A stretch of DNA of 64,000 nt from Candidatus Bathyarchaeota archaeon (GCA_963833575.1 CAWHXY010000006.1:96001-160000), one strand, 5' to 3'. Positions 1-11,961 are shown, numbered from the stretch's first letter. The notes: generated from the letters alone by a model not told the origin. Program-made: numbers and translations.

Positions 1-198
1 CGACCCAAACAAAGTATTTGAATGGAAAAAGAGAAATTTAATGCGCTTTAGCAAAAAAGCGTTTATTTACCTGAGAAAGTATTACGGTTAGAAAGGTAAG
101 CGTGCAAGAATGGCATTTAGTGTTAAAAGAAAAACCAATACTAAAAATATCGCCTACTGAAATGATGCTACGCCCTTTTTTGTCTGAGAGCTTAACAT

Positions 199-1239
199 AT
201 GCCCTACAATGAATTAAGAAAAGATTACTTGCTTAACCGCTGGGTTGTAATCGCAACTGAGCGAAGCCGCAGACCCACCGATTTCGCGAAACAAAAGGCT
301 GAAACTACCCAAACCACAGTTTGCCCGATGTGCGTAGGCAACGAACACTTAACGCCTCCAGCCACAATGCTTTATCTCAAAGAGAACGACGGAGTAAATG
401 TGACTCAAGACCCGCTGACAGGTGAGCGCCCAAAAAACTGGCTCGTCCGCGTCATCCCAAACCTTTACCCTGCTTTCAGCGCGCCTAAACAACCTGAAGA
501 TACAGCACAAATTTTGAAGAGTGAATGTTTTGGCGATGCGATTGGCGGTCATGAAGTTATTGTTGAATCTCCTAATCATGATGAGGACCCCGCTGATGCT
601 GAACTGCACCAACTTGAACTGGTCATACATGCCTACATTGACAAGCTAAGAGAGTTAAGCGCAAAACCATACGTCAAATATGTCTCGATTTTTAGGAATT
701 TTGGCAAAGAAGCAGGCGCCTCTCTTTCCCATGCCCACAGCCAAATAATCGCAACCCCCATCGTTCCATCACTCATCCAAGCAGAGACAGATGCAAGTAA
801 AGCATACTACAGAATGCATAGGAAATGCGTTTTCTGCGACATAATCGAGCGAGAAGCGAAGGGTCCACGGCTTGTCTATGACAATGCTCATTTCGTGGTT
901 TTTGCTCCTTATGCCAGCATTAACCCAATGGAATTTTGGATTGCACCCAAGAAACACGGTGCTAACATCCTTGGAATGACCGGTGCTGAAGTTGAGGCGT
1001 TCGCTAAAACGCTCAAATTAAGCCTCAAAGCCTTAAAAGACGTTGTCAATGACCCTCCGTATAATTATGGAATTCATTTAGCTATAAATGAAGAAGCAAA
1101 AGACTATTACCATTGGCACTTGGAAGTTTATCCTAAATTGTCAATTTGGGCGGGTTTTGAACTAAATACTGGAACCTACATTAACACAGTCACACCTGAA
1201 ACCGCCGCTGAAAGCTTAAGAAATGCAATAGCGTCCTAA
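199..1239 (+). CDS. galT: Galactose-1-phosphate uridylyltransferase (HIT family)
   Basis: N-terminal ELRKD..WVVIA..R..RP, CPMC, RVIPNLYP, GASLSHAHSQ (HxHxQ) motifs. Confidence 0.92.
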   Translation: MPYNELRKDYLLNRWVVIATERSRRPTDFAKQKAETTQTTVCPMCVGNEHLTPPATMLYLKENDGVNVTQDPLTGERPKNWLVRVIPNLYPAFSAPKQPEDTAQILKSECFGDAIGGHEVIVESPNHDEDPADAELHQLELVIHAYIDKLRELSAKPYVKYVSIFRNFGKEAGASLSHAHSQIIATPIVPSLIQAETDASKAYYRMHRKCVFCDIIEREAKGPRLVYDNAHFVVFAPYASINPMEFWIAPKKHGANILGMTGAEVEAFAKTLKLSLKALKDVVNDPPYNYGIHLAINEEAKDYYHWHLEVYPKLSIWAGFELNTGTYINTVTPETAAESLRNAIAS

Positions 1240-1241
1240 AT

Positions 1242-3308
1242 TCAAAAAATTTCTTTCGTATTTTTTGGGTTAACCCTCAACACGTCTTCAATATAAGCTC
1301 GCAGTGGTTCAGCTACGCTCCACGCTTGGGAGATGCAGCCTCTTGGCTCATTTGGGGGATCGCAATCGTAGATTTCGTTTATTGTTCCTAAGCCGACCTG
1401 GTGAATTCCTATGGTGAACAGGGGCAGAATAAGGTTTTCGAGCATTTGCTCACGCGCCTTGGCAGAGTAATCGTTGACTTTCAGGTATGCCGTAACGTAG
1501 GGTCCAAGCAGCCATGGCCAAATCGTACCATTATGATAAGCCATATCCCTGCTTCTGCTGTCGCCCATACATTTGCCGACAAATTTGGGGTCACCTAAGG
1601 ACAAAGTCCTCAAGCCGTAAGGCGTTACGAGTTCGCGGTTCACGATATCGACAACTTTTTGGCTTTTTTCTAAGTCGAGCATAGTGTAGTCTAGTGAGAC
1701 AGCGAATATTTGGTTTGGACGAATAGAAGGATCCACCTTATCATCGATTACGTCGAAGAGGCAGCTGTTTTGTGGGTTCCAGAATTTCATGTTGAAGCTT
1801 TGACGGGTTTGGTTTGCTATAGCCCCGTATTTATTAGCTAAGTCTGGCTCCTCAAACTTGTTTGCGAGGATTTCCATTGTTCGCAGAGTGTTGTACCACA
1901 AGGCTTGGATTTCAACTGCTTTTCCAGTTCTGGGCGTAATTACGTCGTTGCCTACGCTGGCATCCATCCATGTGAGCCTGGGACCATGCATTAGCAAACC
2001 GTCGTTATCCATATGTATGCCAAATAAAGTACCCTTTTGATGGTTCTCAACTATCGATTGCAGTTTCGCCCATAACTCATCTTTGACAAACGCGAGGTCG
2101 CCGGTGTACTTAATGTACTGAAGCACAGCGTTCACGTACCATAAAGTGCCGTCAACTGTATAGTAAACTGGGATGCCGGATTTATCTGAAATAAAATTAG
2201 GAATCAACCCACTCTTGCAATACTGCATGAATGTTAGCAATATTTCTTTTGCGTCGTTGTACTTGCCGGTAACCAGCATGAGCCCCGGCAATGAGATGAA
2301 TGTGTCTCTGCCCCATGGCTCAAACCAATGGTAACCGGCGATGACTGCTTTTTTGCCATCGGAGTTTTCAACCATAAAGGAGTCGGCGGCGAGCAGAATC
2401 CAGTTCAACCAATCACTAACTGGCACCTCTGGATGGTCCAGGTAAAACGCGGCTATCAAATCGCTACGTTGATTCACTTCTTGGTTGAAGGATGTATTAA
2501 CGTCCTGGATTGTGGTGCAAACTGAATCTAAAACTTCTTGTGCCTGTCGGCTTTCATGGCTCACGGCAAATGTTACTGCAAAATCTTTCTCTCCATTAGC
2601 GGGCACCTGAACCGCAAAGTACCCGGGTTGGAAACAATCGTCAACGTCGGCTTCGCCCCGCTGCAATTCATCGCGGTAATGTATGTGGTTTAGCCAGTTT
2701 ATTTTTTCTTTGAATTCTCCCTCGGTAATGTGGCAAGCGATTGTGGCTTGTGGTCGCTGAAAAGTTGTCTGGAATTGTATGTATTCACTTTTGATGGTGA
2801 AATTCAATGGGACGCTCAATCGGTAAACGACGGTGTGAAAGTACCTGCAGGTTAAGAGAGGAAAAAGCCTCAAGTTAACATCTTGGCTATTTCTGTTTGT
2901 GACTTTGTAGGTTACGACCACAGCGTTTTTGGTTTTTGGCATAAAAACCGTTTTGCTAACCTCAACATTGCCCAAATCATAGATATAAGTGGGAAAAGGA
3001 TCGAGTGTAAACTTCGAAATCAACTTGTAGCCGTCAGGATAAATTACGTCGTGAAACTCGTTAGAGCCTAACCTGTAGATGTCATCGCCTACCAGCACGT
3101 CTTCATCGAGTTTTGAGACGCAGACGGTGCGGTTTCCAGGCGGATCCAAGGCAGCAACGAGCAACCCATGGTACTTGCGAGTGTTAATTCCGAGGACGGT
3201 TGAGGAAGCGTAACTGCCTAAACCGTTGGTTATCAGCCACTCTTTCTCTACAAGTTCGCCAAAACGTGAAAGGTCATCTTTCTGATAGGTTATGACAGGT
3301 AACTTCAT
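1242..3308 (-). CDS. Glycogen debranching enzyme (amylo-alpha-1,6-glucosidase, GDE_N + GDE_C)
   Basis: EWLITNGLGSYAS, AGYHWFEPWGRDTFISLPG, LTWMDA, YHNGTIWPWL, GCISQAWS motifs. Confidence 0.93.
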   Translation of the reverse strand: MKLPVITYQKDDLSRFGELVEKEWLITNGLGSYASSTVLGINTRKYHGLLVAALDPPGNRTVCVSKLDEDVLVGDDIYRLGSNEFHDVIYPDGYKLISKFTLDPFPTYIYDLGNVEVSKTVFMPKTKNAVVVTYKVTNRNSQDVNLRLFPLLTCRYFHTVVYRLSVPLNFTIKSEYIQFQTTFQRPQATIACHITEGEFKEKINWLNHIHYRDELQRGEADVDDCFQPGYFAVQVPANGEKDFAVTFAVSHESRQAQEVLDSVCTTIQDVNTSFNQEVNQRSDLIAAFYLDHPEVPVSDWLNWILLAADSFMVENSDGKKAVIAGYHWFEPWGRDTFISLPGLMLVTGKYNDAKEILLTFMQYCKSGLIPNFISDKSGIPVYYTVDGTLWYVNAVLQYIKYTGDLAFVKDELWAKLQSIVENHQKGTLFGIHMDNDGLLMHGPRLTWMDASVGNDVITPRTGKAVEIQALWYNTLRTMEILANKFEEPDLANKYGAIANQTRQSFNMKFWNPQNSCLFDVIDDKVDPSIRPNQIFAVSLDYTMLDLEKSQKVVDIVNRELVTPYGLRTLSLGDPKFVGKCMGDSRSRDMAYHNGTIWPWLLGPYVTAYLKVNDYSAKAREQMLENLILPLFTIGIHQVGLGTINEIYDCDPPNEPRGCISQAWSVAEPLRAYIEDVLRVNPKNTKEIF

Positions 3309-4190
3309 CTACGGCATCAGCTTTGCGACGTTTTTGTCTCGTGGAACACTGAAATAATTCGCTACGGGGACGCATTTTGTGCGGAACATTAGCAAATGCG
3401 GTTTTGTCAGTTTGTATTCAGTAAGGGTTTCAGCGTACCCCATTCCTTTAGCAAAAACCAGTTCAGCTGCGTCATAAACTTTTAAGAACTCTGCTGAAAC
3501 TTCTTTTTTCTGTAAGCCAACTGCGTCGGTTCCTGTGGTTATTACTTCATCGGCTAATTTGTCCATGTTTGAAATCAACGCATCATCCATAGTTGCATCG
3601 TTAATTACTGGTCCGCCTTTCACAACATAAATTACTTTTAGACCCATATTTTTTAATTGTTCAACGAGCAATGTGTCAAAAACAATTTCTCCAGCATTAT
3701 CCGCCAAGAAAAGAACAGTATTTGCTTTTTTTGCTAACGCGTAAGCTTTGTCAATATCATCAATAACTAAATCTTTAGATGCTTCTCTAATACAACCAGC
3801 TAAATCACTCAAATTGAATTTGTGACCCGGAATATCAAACTCCATAATGTTGCCCACGATAGCGCAAAGGCAAGCTTTTTTGAATCGTTCCTGCTGATTA
3901 TTGCTTTCCAACACAAGTTTTTTTGCCTGGGGCAGCATTTTGAGGGCTTTCTCGTTAGCTAACCGCTTAGTCCGAATGTAAGGATCCGTGTTGCTAGTTA
4001 GTTGTTTAATTATGCGGTCTCTTTTTGTGCCTATTTCTGCGGCAACTGAATTGGACTTGAATTCTCTATTTAATAATTTTACTATTTCGGCGAGACATCT
4101 AAAACGTAGGGCAGGATTTGTTGTGGCTTGATATGTTGCTACTTGTCCTCTTGAAAGTAAACAGGATTCACATTCAGCTTCAACTTTCAA
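3309..4190 (-). CDS. ARMT1-like / DUF89 damage-control phosphatase
   Basis: ECESC N-terminus, GNIMEF, LADNAGEIVFD, INDAT, KGMGYAE motifs; start placed at TTG 4190 (inferred). Confidence 0.88.
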   Translation of the reverse strand: MKVEAECESCLLSRGQVATYQATTNPALRFRCLAEIVKLLNREFKSNSVAAEIGTKRDRIIKQLTSNTDPYIRTKRLANEKALKMLPQAKKLVLESNNQQERFKKACLCAIVGNIMEFDIPGHKFNLSDLAGCIREASKDLVIDDIDKAYALAKKANTVLFLADNAGEIVFDTLLVEQLKNMGLKVIYVVKGGPVINDATMDDALISNMDKLADEVITTGTDAVGLQKKEVSAEFLKVYDAAELVFAKGMGYAETLTEYKLTKPHLLMFRTKCVPVANYFSVPRDKNVAKLMP

Positions 4191-4203
4191 AGCATTCACG
4201 CAA

Positions 4204-4914
<711 letters not shown>

Positions 4915-5012
4915 TTATTATTAACACTATCCCCCGAAAACAATATTGAATATACACGAAACAATTCAAAAGTTATTAATTGCTTAGAAGGTGTAACCTC
5001 TTGAGCAAGACG

Positions 5013-5603
5013 TTACGTCAGCTTCAGGGTCATTTCCAGTGTATCTCCATCTGTTGACTTTACTTTTAACCCAAACTTTTCCACGAGCCCAATCATCCTA
5101 TAGTTATCACTCGACAGCACACAGTAGAGCTCTCCAAGCTCATAATCTCTGGCAATTCTGATGAGTTCACCCAAAAGTTCTGTCCCCAACCCAATCCCCT
5201 GCCAAGCATCAGCTATTACAAGTGCAAATTCTCCTCGACTATCCTTGAGATTAATTATTAAACGTGCAACAGCAATGATTTTGCCTCCACCTCCAGGCAG
5301 GGCAACTATGGCTATCTCTTGGTTATAGTCTAAATTGCAGTATCTCTCGAAAGTTTCGTTGGGTAACTCTTTGATTATTTCTAAGAACCTAAAGTTCACG
5401 CTCGCGGGTGATAATGCCTTAAAGAATTCCTTCAACTTTGCCTGATCTGTACATTCAATCGGCCTTAAAGTAACGTTAAGTCCATTATCAAATGTTCGCT
5501 GGGTAGTGTATTTTTTTCTCACAGAATCAGCAAGTTTTTCATCCGCATGGTCGGTTAGCAAAATTCTATGCATCCCTTGCCGTGAATTATCCTCTTGATA
5601 CAT
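5013..5603 (-). CDS. GNAT family acetyltransferase
   Basis: EFALVIADAWQGIGLG acetyl-CoA motif A; N..MIGL..KFG. Confidence 0.85.
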   Translation of the reverse strand: MYQEDNSRQGMHRILLTDHADEKLADSVRKKYTTQRTFDNGLNVTLRPIECTDQAKLKEFFKALSPASVNFRFLEIIKELPNETFERYCNLDYNQEIAIVALPGGGGKIIAVARLIINLKDSRGEFALVIADAWQGIGLGTELLGELIRIARDYELGELYCVLSSDNYRMIGLVEKFGLKVKSTDGDTLEMTLKLT

Positions 5604-6106
5604 ATGGAAATCAATTCATAAATCATTTTAGCTTTGAAACCATACTATCTCTCACAATAGCTCCTATTGCACTCCAACTCCAAGTTGAGGAGCACCAATT
5701 TTGGTTTTGGAATAAATTTTATTATCAAACCAAATGCGTTCTAACACAATTATCGAATAAAAAATCTAAACTGCAAAAATAGAAAACAATGAAGCACGTA
5801 CAAAGCAAAAACAGGTGTGCCCTTCTTTTCAAAAATCGATGTCGATGCAAACAGTGCAATCAGTCATATCAAAACTATCTGAAGATAAAAGTGGCTAACA
5901 TTGCAAAAACAAGGTGAAATTGACCCAAGAACGCAAAAACAGCTAGGAAATGAATATATTTCACGTGTATGAGACATAAATAAACGACAGCGTAAACAAG
6001 ATACCCAAAAACTGGTTTTGTGTCCTTACTGTTTTGAGCAATAAGCCACGCTGAACTTAAAATTTTTGGTTCATGTACCTGCCTAAAGTAAATTGGAGAT
6101 GAAAAT

Positions 6107-6229
6107 ATGATGAATAATGACAAATGCCGATGTGGTTGTGAAGAAACCGAACTTAGAATCAGCGATACCGGAGAATGCCTAAGTTGCTGTGTTCAATGTG
6201 GGTGTATCCGCACTAAAGTATGGGCTTAA
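6107..6229 (+). CDS. 40-aa Cys-rich micro-protein (8 Cys), not in the ORF track
   Basis: Hand translation MMNNDKCRCGCEETELRISDTGECLSCCVQCGCIRTKVWA; GGAG just upstream. Confidence 0.5.
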   Translation: MMNNDKCRCGCEETELRISDTGECLSCCVQCGCIRTKVWA

Positions 6230-6494
6230 AATATCTCATGCTGGTAAACATTTCAGCTAACTAAAATGTTAGGTCAAAAATTGGAAACCCCAGAAGAATG
6301 AACTGAAGGGTGCAGCTGCTAACCGAAAAACTAAGAACTCTTTTTTTGTTTGAATGAAGTAGCAGGGATACTAGTGTACGTATGTACTTAGAGATTCGGA
6401 TTTAGATTTTTTTACTAAAATTTAATATGTAATACTCACAAGAAATCAGCCCTCTCAAATTGTCGCCATTATTTTTTCATGGAAACATTTAAAA

Positions 6495-6517
6495 GTAGTA
6501 GTTGTTGAAGGTACTAC
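6495..6517 (+). promoter_or_regulatory. Inverted repeat (putative autoregulatory operator) upstream of vapBC
   Basis: GTAGTA-N11-TACTAC directly before the antitoxin start and after TTTAAAA. Confidence 0.45.
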
Positions 6518-6528
6518 GTTGATGAAAG

Positions 6529-6759
6529 TTGGAAACAGAAGTTGTCGTAACAAAGAAAGGACAGACAACCATTCCCGTACGTCTTCGCAAAAAATTCAAA
6601 ATAGAAGAGGGCACAAGACTTGAAGTCATCGAAACTACTGAAGGGATACTTTTCAAGCGAAAAGAGTCTATATGGGACTTAATTGGCTCCGGCTCAGCAG
6701 TTGCAACTCCTGAAGAAATGAAAAAAGAGCTAGATAAACTCAGGGAACAAGATGCATAA
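6529..6759 (+). CDS. vapB: AbrB/MazE/SpoVT-family antitoxin
   Basis: VTKKGQTTIPVRLRKKFKIEEG signature; overlaps the PIN gene. Confidence 0.9.
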   Translation: METEVVVTKKGQTTIPVRLRKKFKIEEGTRLEVIETTEGILFKRKESIWDLIGSGSAVATPEEMKKELDKLREQDA

Positions 6760-7135
6760 GGCAGCATACGATACCAGATTCTTCGTTGAGTTCTTCTATT
6801 CAAAAAACGAAACGCAACATAGAAAACTATTAGAAGAAAAAAACCGCAAAGAAAAATATGTCTCAGCAATAGTGATCCATGAATTGTACAAGCTATCTCT
6901 TGTTCGAGAAAGACAAGAAATAGCCAAACTCAGAGCAAATTTAGTTAAAAAAGATTTTCAAGTCGTGCCAGTTGACGATCAAATGGCTCGAATCTCAGCA
7001 GAACTAAGACAAAAGTATGACATATCGATGGGAGACAGCATGATTGCAGCTACAGCATCAATGTTAAAAGCCGTGTGCGTCTCAGATGACCCTCATTTTA
7101 AACAAATCAAAGAAATCGAAACAACCTGGATATAG
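6752..7135 (+). CDS. vapC: PIN-domain toxin
   Basis: YDT, VIHEL, DSMIAATA, SDDPHF acidic PIN motifs. Confidence 0.9.
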   Translation: MHKAAYDTRFFVEFFYSKNETQHRKLLEEKNRKEKYVSAIVIHELYKLSLVRERQEIAKLRANLVKKDFQVVPVDDQMARISAELRQKYDISMGDSMIAATASMLKAVCVSDDPHFKQIKEIETTWI

Positions 7136-7505
7136 CAAAATATGATCCAGAGTGAAAACAACCAACTTGTAAAGACCACGATTTTTGCTCTTCTTTCTGC
7201 GTTCATTTAATTGTTGAAACGGGCATAATTCAAATTGGATCGGTACATAATTCTCATTTTCTTCTGAGGAGTCAAAGTCGCCTCCAAAATATCTATCGTA
7301 AGAGTTCCCCACCCACGTTTCCACACGCTACAACATTTCAAACTCAAAATAACAGAGACTTTATGCTACAAACCATATCTCCTGAACACTAACATATCAA
7401 AAAGCAAAAAGAAGAATAGTGGCTCACCGAAAATCTCCAACTGTCATCTAACGTAACGCTTGGGATTAAGAGATTCGCACAAATAGGAAAGGAGAACTGA
7501 AAAAA

Positions 7506-9188
7506 TCATGTGGAAGGTGTTTTAACTTTCAGGGCCGCCTTTTTAGCTATGTCTTCGGTTAACATGCCTATAAGTTGTCCGTTTTTAACCATGGCAGCGC
7601 GTTTTATGCCTTTTTCTCCCATTAACTTCATCGCTGTAAGCATTGATTCGTCTCCCTGAAGAAGTATAAGTGGTGTGTAGTTGAGGTCCTTTGTTGGAGT
7701 TTTCTTTGGATCTTTGTGTTCCATCACAATGTCTCGTAAAATGTCTTTGTCGCTTATCACTCCAACTGGCTTTTGGTTATCAGTTATTAAAACTGAAGCA
7801 ACATTGTTTTGCAACATTTTGTCCACGACTTTGGCAACGGTGTCAGTTGTAGAGACGTCCACAGAGGGAAGTTTTGTGCCGGCTTGGTTGCTGATTTCTG
7901 AAATATCTATGCCTCTCTTCCAAATATCATCAAGCATTTCGCTTACTCTTTCAATTTGGCCAGGGTCACTGGAGTAGAAAGTATCGACAAATGGGAATGC
8001 GGATTCAGTTCCAACATCGCTAAGCGGAGGCGCCTTAAACATAAACAAGTGCTTTTTGTCAACAAGCATCATTGTTAAGTAACTTATTGGTACATGCTTG
8101 ATTTCGTAGAGAGCTGAAAGTTTCTGTGCGGGTTCAAGATTATCTAGGTCAATGGACGCCATAATTTGGGTTTTTATGCCTTTTTTAAAGTAATCTACTA
8201 TGGGATCATTTTCAGCGAGACGATTAATACTTTGAGATGTGGTAATTATGACAATTTCTTTTTTAGCTGACTCTAAGATCTTTGTTACTTTGGTCCAAGC
8301 TTCTTCGCCACTTTTAATTACTAGTGTTTCGCCTATTGGTATTCCGCTTTTTAACTCGTCTATTCTTCTTGAGGCGTCAATTCCGATTTGCCACATCTGG
8401 ACAAAAAAAGCTTTCAAAACTGAAATGAACATTTTGTCGTTAATCCACAAGCCTTCATCTTCTAGATTCAAAACAGATGCTTCGTTGCCAAAAGGAGCAT
8501 ACAGTATGGCTTCTTCACCATCTTTAATTAAAAATCTCGGGAAAAACTTTGAAGTCATGCCGACGTGACGTAGTTTCATGTTCAATTTTTCTTCAACAAT
8601 GCTTTTGTCAAGCCTTTCTGCGACTTTGAGGTTTTCAGGGGCAATATCAGTTATAATTTGGAATTGAACTTTACGATCTTCAGAAGAAACTTCGGCGGTG
8701 TCAAAAATTCCTGCGATATCTTCTTGAATTAAGCCTAAAGCGGTTGTTAGAATTGTAACCTCACTTTTTGATTCCTCAATCATCGATAACATTTTAGAAT
8801 GAATCTTCTTTTTGCCTGTAATGATTGAGAATTTTGCTACTGGGTATTCTGATTCGGGTGCGCTAACGGACTGCCAAGCTGTAAGGAGACTCAGCTTCTG
8901 ATCAGTTAAGTTGGTAACTTCGTTCTTTTTAGCGTTAATAAACTGGTCAACTAATGCTTCAAACGGGACAATAGTAAACCTTGTAGGGCGCTCCAAAGTC
9001 GCTTCGATGAACCCTTTTTCCTGAAGCTTCTTAAAGGTACGGTAAGCTTGCACCCGCTCCATTTTAAGCCTTTTAGCCACAAAACTTGTTGATTGGACAC
9101 CGCTCTTAGCAAGAAACATATAAACTTGAATTTCTCGTTTGGATAACCCGAGAATCTGTAAGAATTTGGTTACGTCTTTTTCACTCAA
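7506..9188 (-). CDS. TrmB-family transcriptional regulator with C-terminal CBS pair
   Basis: LGLSKREIQVY..L wHTH, ERPTRF, two effector-like repeats, C-terminal GVISDKDI / GMLTED CBS motifs. Confidence 0.85.
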   Translation of the reverse strand: MSEKDVTKFLQILGLSKREIQVYMFLAKSGVQSTSFVAKRLKMERVQAYRTFKKLQEKGFIEATLERPTRFTIVPFEALVDQFINAKKNEVTNLTDQKLSLLTAWQSVSAPESEYPVAKFSIITGKKKIHSKMLSMIEESKSEVTILTTALGLIQEDIAGIFDTAEVSSEDRKVQFQIITDIAPENLKVAERLDKSIVEEKLNMKLRHVGMTSKFFPRFLIKDGEEAILYAPFGNEASVLNLEDEGLWINDKMFISVLKAFFVQMWQIGIDASRRIDELKSGIPIGETLVIKSGEEAWTKVTKILESAKKEIVIITTSQSINRLAENDPIVDYFKKGIKTQIMASIDLDNLEPAQKLSALYEIKHVPISYLTMMLVDKKHLFMFKAPPLSDVGTESAFPFVDTFYSSDPGQIERVSEMLDDIWKRGIDISEISNQAGTKLPSVDVSTTDTVAKVVDKMLQNNVASVLITDNQKPVGVISDKDILRDIVMEHKDPKKTPTKDLNYTPLILLQGDESMLTAMKLMGEKGIKRAAMVKNGQLIGMLTEDIAKKAALKVKTPST

Positions 9189-9323
9189 TCAAGCAACCGC
9201 CATCAGAACCAGCTATTGTTAGGAACTAAAGATGCAATTCGACATTTATATAACTAATGTTTTCTTGTATCCTTTATGTCAAGCAATTTGCCTACAAGTT
9301 CACGTTTCATGATTAAAAAATTG

Positions 9324-9986
9324 TTAGGCAAGCTTTTGCTGCAAAAAACCATTCTCGCTTTTTACTCTCTTTGCCGGCTTCCAAGACTTTCTAACAAAGT
9401 CTGGATAATCACCATGTCTTTCAAGCAATTGCTTAAGAAAAATCATGGTTTTTTCATCCGTCAGGTAACCGCTACCGAAATTGCCATACTCAACTCTCAA
9501 GCTCGCAATTTCTCTATCACGCTCTACCTTAGCGATGATGGATGCTGCGGAAACTATTGGGTAAATTCTATCTGCTTTATGTCTGGAAATGATTCTGGTT
9601 TTTATTTTTAGGCGTTCTCTTATGTGGTTTCCAAAGCGGTGTTCAACTGTATCTGCCGCGTCGACGAAAGCTTGGTCGGGTTCTAATTCTTCAATGATTT
9701 GTGCCATTGTTTGAGCTTCAAGTCTGTTTAGTTTGTGGAGTCTTCTGGCGCTTTCAACGACTATGTCAATTTGAGAGGGCATGATTTTTATGATATGGTA
9801 TTTTTCGGCTAGCTGAATGATTACTGGATAAAGTAGCTCACGCTTTTCTGGGGTCAAAAGTTTAGAGTCTTTAACGCCCAGTTCGTTTAAGATTGACATG
9901 TTTTCATTTTTTATCATGACTCCAGCGACGACTAGGGGACCGATGACGCATCCGCGTCCTGCTTCATCAACGCCAGCAATCAACAT
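9324..9986 (-). CDS. rnhB: Ribonuclease HII
   Basis: GVDEAGRG, VKDSK, VSAASIIAKV, GSGY motifs. Confidence 0.96.
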   Translation of the reverse strand: MLIAGVDEAGRGCVIGPLVVAGVMIKNENMSILNELGVKDSKLLTPEKRELLYPVIIQLAEKYHIIKIMPSQIDIVVESARRLHKLNRLEAQTMAQIIEELEPDQAFVDAADTVEHRFGNHIRERLKIKTRIISRHKADRIYPIVSAASIIAKVERDREIASLRVEYGNFGSGYLTDEKTMIFLKQLLERHGDYPDFVRKSWKPAKRVKSENGFLQQKLA

Positions 9987-10082
9987 TATGTTTTCAGCCT
10001 AAACTATCAATGGCGTAATTAAACTAAGCTATATTGCTTTTCCAAAAGTTGCGTCGACAAAGAAAATCAAACATTGCGCAGG

Positions 10083-10445
10083 CTACGTCATTATCTCCTT
10101 GGGTAATTCAAAAAAGCCTTTTTCGTTTGTGGGAAAATCGACTACTTTTATCACGGCAGAGAGATTAATTGGGCCATAAATGTGGGGGAATAGGTTGCCA
10201 ACATTTGGATCATAATGGCCACCGCCAGTCGGATACTCATATTTACATTTGAACTGTAATTTGTTTTCGTCAATGCACAGGAGTGCTAACCCATTTTGTC
10301 CTCTGAAGAAAATATTTGCTGTATCTGCTGTCTGTTTCAGGGTTGAACAGTGAATAAATCCCTCAGTCTCAAGAGAGGGTGCTGTATATTTACCATGAAG
10401 CTGAGCTGTTTCCCATTCTTTGTGCGTAGTAATGTGCAAAATCAT
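10083..10445 (-). CDS. DUF952 family protein
   Basis: ILHIT..EW, SL..EGFIHCST, FPHIYGPIN; start at ATG 10445 inferred. Confidence 0.88.
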   Translation of the reverse strand: MILHITTHKEWETAQLHGKYTAPSLETEGFIHCSTLKQTADTANIFFRGQNGLALLCIDENKLQFKCKYEYPTGGGHYDPNVGNLFPHIYGPINLSAVIKVVDFPTNEKGFFELPKEIMT

Positions 10446-10647
10446 ATGGATTCTCCTAGTTACTTGAGATCTATTCATTATTTTCAAATAAAAGACTTTT
10501 GAGAATAAATATACAGAGGAAGACCTGCAGAAAGGGACGAGTAGTTCATTTTGTTGCTTGTCAGTTGGCTGTTCTAGCATTAGAACAAAACGTTCTGTAA
10601 CCAGAGCTAATAGGTGCACTTAGCATATCGCTTCATGGTGAAATCAG

Positions 10648-11961
10648 ATGGAGTTCAAATTTAAACTCATTGCAGTTGCTGCTCTGGCCTTGATGGTTGG
10701 AACGGTTTTTGCTGCGCCGCTTTTAATGGCGCCTACCAATGTTCAGCCATTTCCGCCAGTGTCGGAAGGGCCTAAAGCCGATTTCAGCGTCAACGTCGTC
10801 TACGCCAACTTCAACCCAATCAACTGGCAATACACCAGAACAAATTACGATTTCTCAGGCAACCCTTCAGTTGCCACGTATCAAGCAATCAACATTACAT
10901 ACAACGTTGTCCTCAACGTCACAAACCTTTCAAACCAACCCGCCACAGTCTACGAATTTTCCTTCGGAGCCGCTCAGGACATTAATGTTCAGCAGTCTTC
11001 AATTCTAGGCGGCACAATCTATACTTACGGAGCCAACAGTACATCCAGCGCCTTCCCATACTGGTTCTTCGGAGGCATGGTTTCAGGAGTTTACCTCAAC
11101 AACAAATGGGTAAACGCCACTTGGATGCCAAACACTTACACAAACAATAACGGCACATCGACTCTCGTACCTTACCCTGAATGCTTGTACTTATTTACTG
11201 AAGCTAATTATGATGGAGGCATTATGAGCGGTCCCCTCACCCCAGACAACATCCGCGCCTACAGTGCAGACCACACAATCAACGGCACAGTTCCAACTCT
11301 GCCAGAAAATGCAAGCGACACAGGAATCTCGTTTGAAGGCATACCCATAACAGAATACTACGACCAAAACGGAAACCCCTTGATAACCGAGATGTACATT
11401 AACGGGGCATGGGTTGACGTGACGGGCAAAGTAAAAGTCGACAACACACAGCCAATGACAACTATTTCAAACCCGCTGGTAAACGATGTTTTAACAGTGG
11501 GAGCACAACCGTACGAAAACATGAATTCAAGCCTAGGCGCTATAACGGCATTGCCGACATGGGGCGATTGGAATGTTGGACGAGGATATAACTGGCTTCC
11601 GTGGGATTGGAGCCAAAAGGGATTCAACAACACTTGGGCACCACACGAGTCAAGGCTAATCATGTTCAACAACACGGTAATGTTCATCATAGATCCTGAG
11701 GGATCAGCACCAACCGCGGGTCTAGCAGCGCTCGAATCAGGACACATTACACTCTATTCTTCCGTCTCAAACTACATCAACAACGAACCAGTTAACGGAA
11801 CCTACTATAATACTGTCTCAACTGCCACCCAAGTAACTCAACTACAACTGATTGAAACTCAAAACGGATATGTATACAATGGTATCTTAAGTGATAATCA
11901 AACGTTCCAACCAGGCAATTCAAGCATAGAAGTAACTGTTGCGCCGAGGACAACACCGTGA
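10648..11961 (+). CDS. Secreted/surface hypothetical protein
   Basis: N-terminal hydrophobic signal; N/T-rich with many NxS/T sequons. Confidence 0.75.
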   Translation: MEFKFKLIAVAALALMVGTVFAAPLLMAPTNVQPFPPVSEGPKADFSVNVVYANFNPINWQYTRTNYDFSGNPSVATYQAINITYNVVLNVTNLSNQPATVYEFSFGAAQDINVQQSSILGGTIYTYGANSTSSAFPYWFFGGMVSGVYLNNKWVNATWMPNTYTNNNGTSTLVPYPECLYLFTEANYDGGIMSGPLTPDNIRAYSADHTINGTVPTLPENASDTGISFEGIPITEYYDQNGNPLITEMYINGAWVDVTGKVKVDNTQPMTTISNPLVNDVLTVGAQPYENMNSSLGAITALPTWGDWNVGRGYNWLPWDWSQKGFNNTWAPHESRLIMFNNTVMFIIDPEGSAPTAGLAALESGHITLYSSVSNYINNEPVNGTYYNTVSTATQVTQLQLIETQNGYVYNGILSDNQTFQPGNSSIEVTVAPRTTP

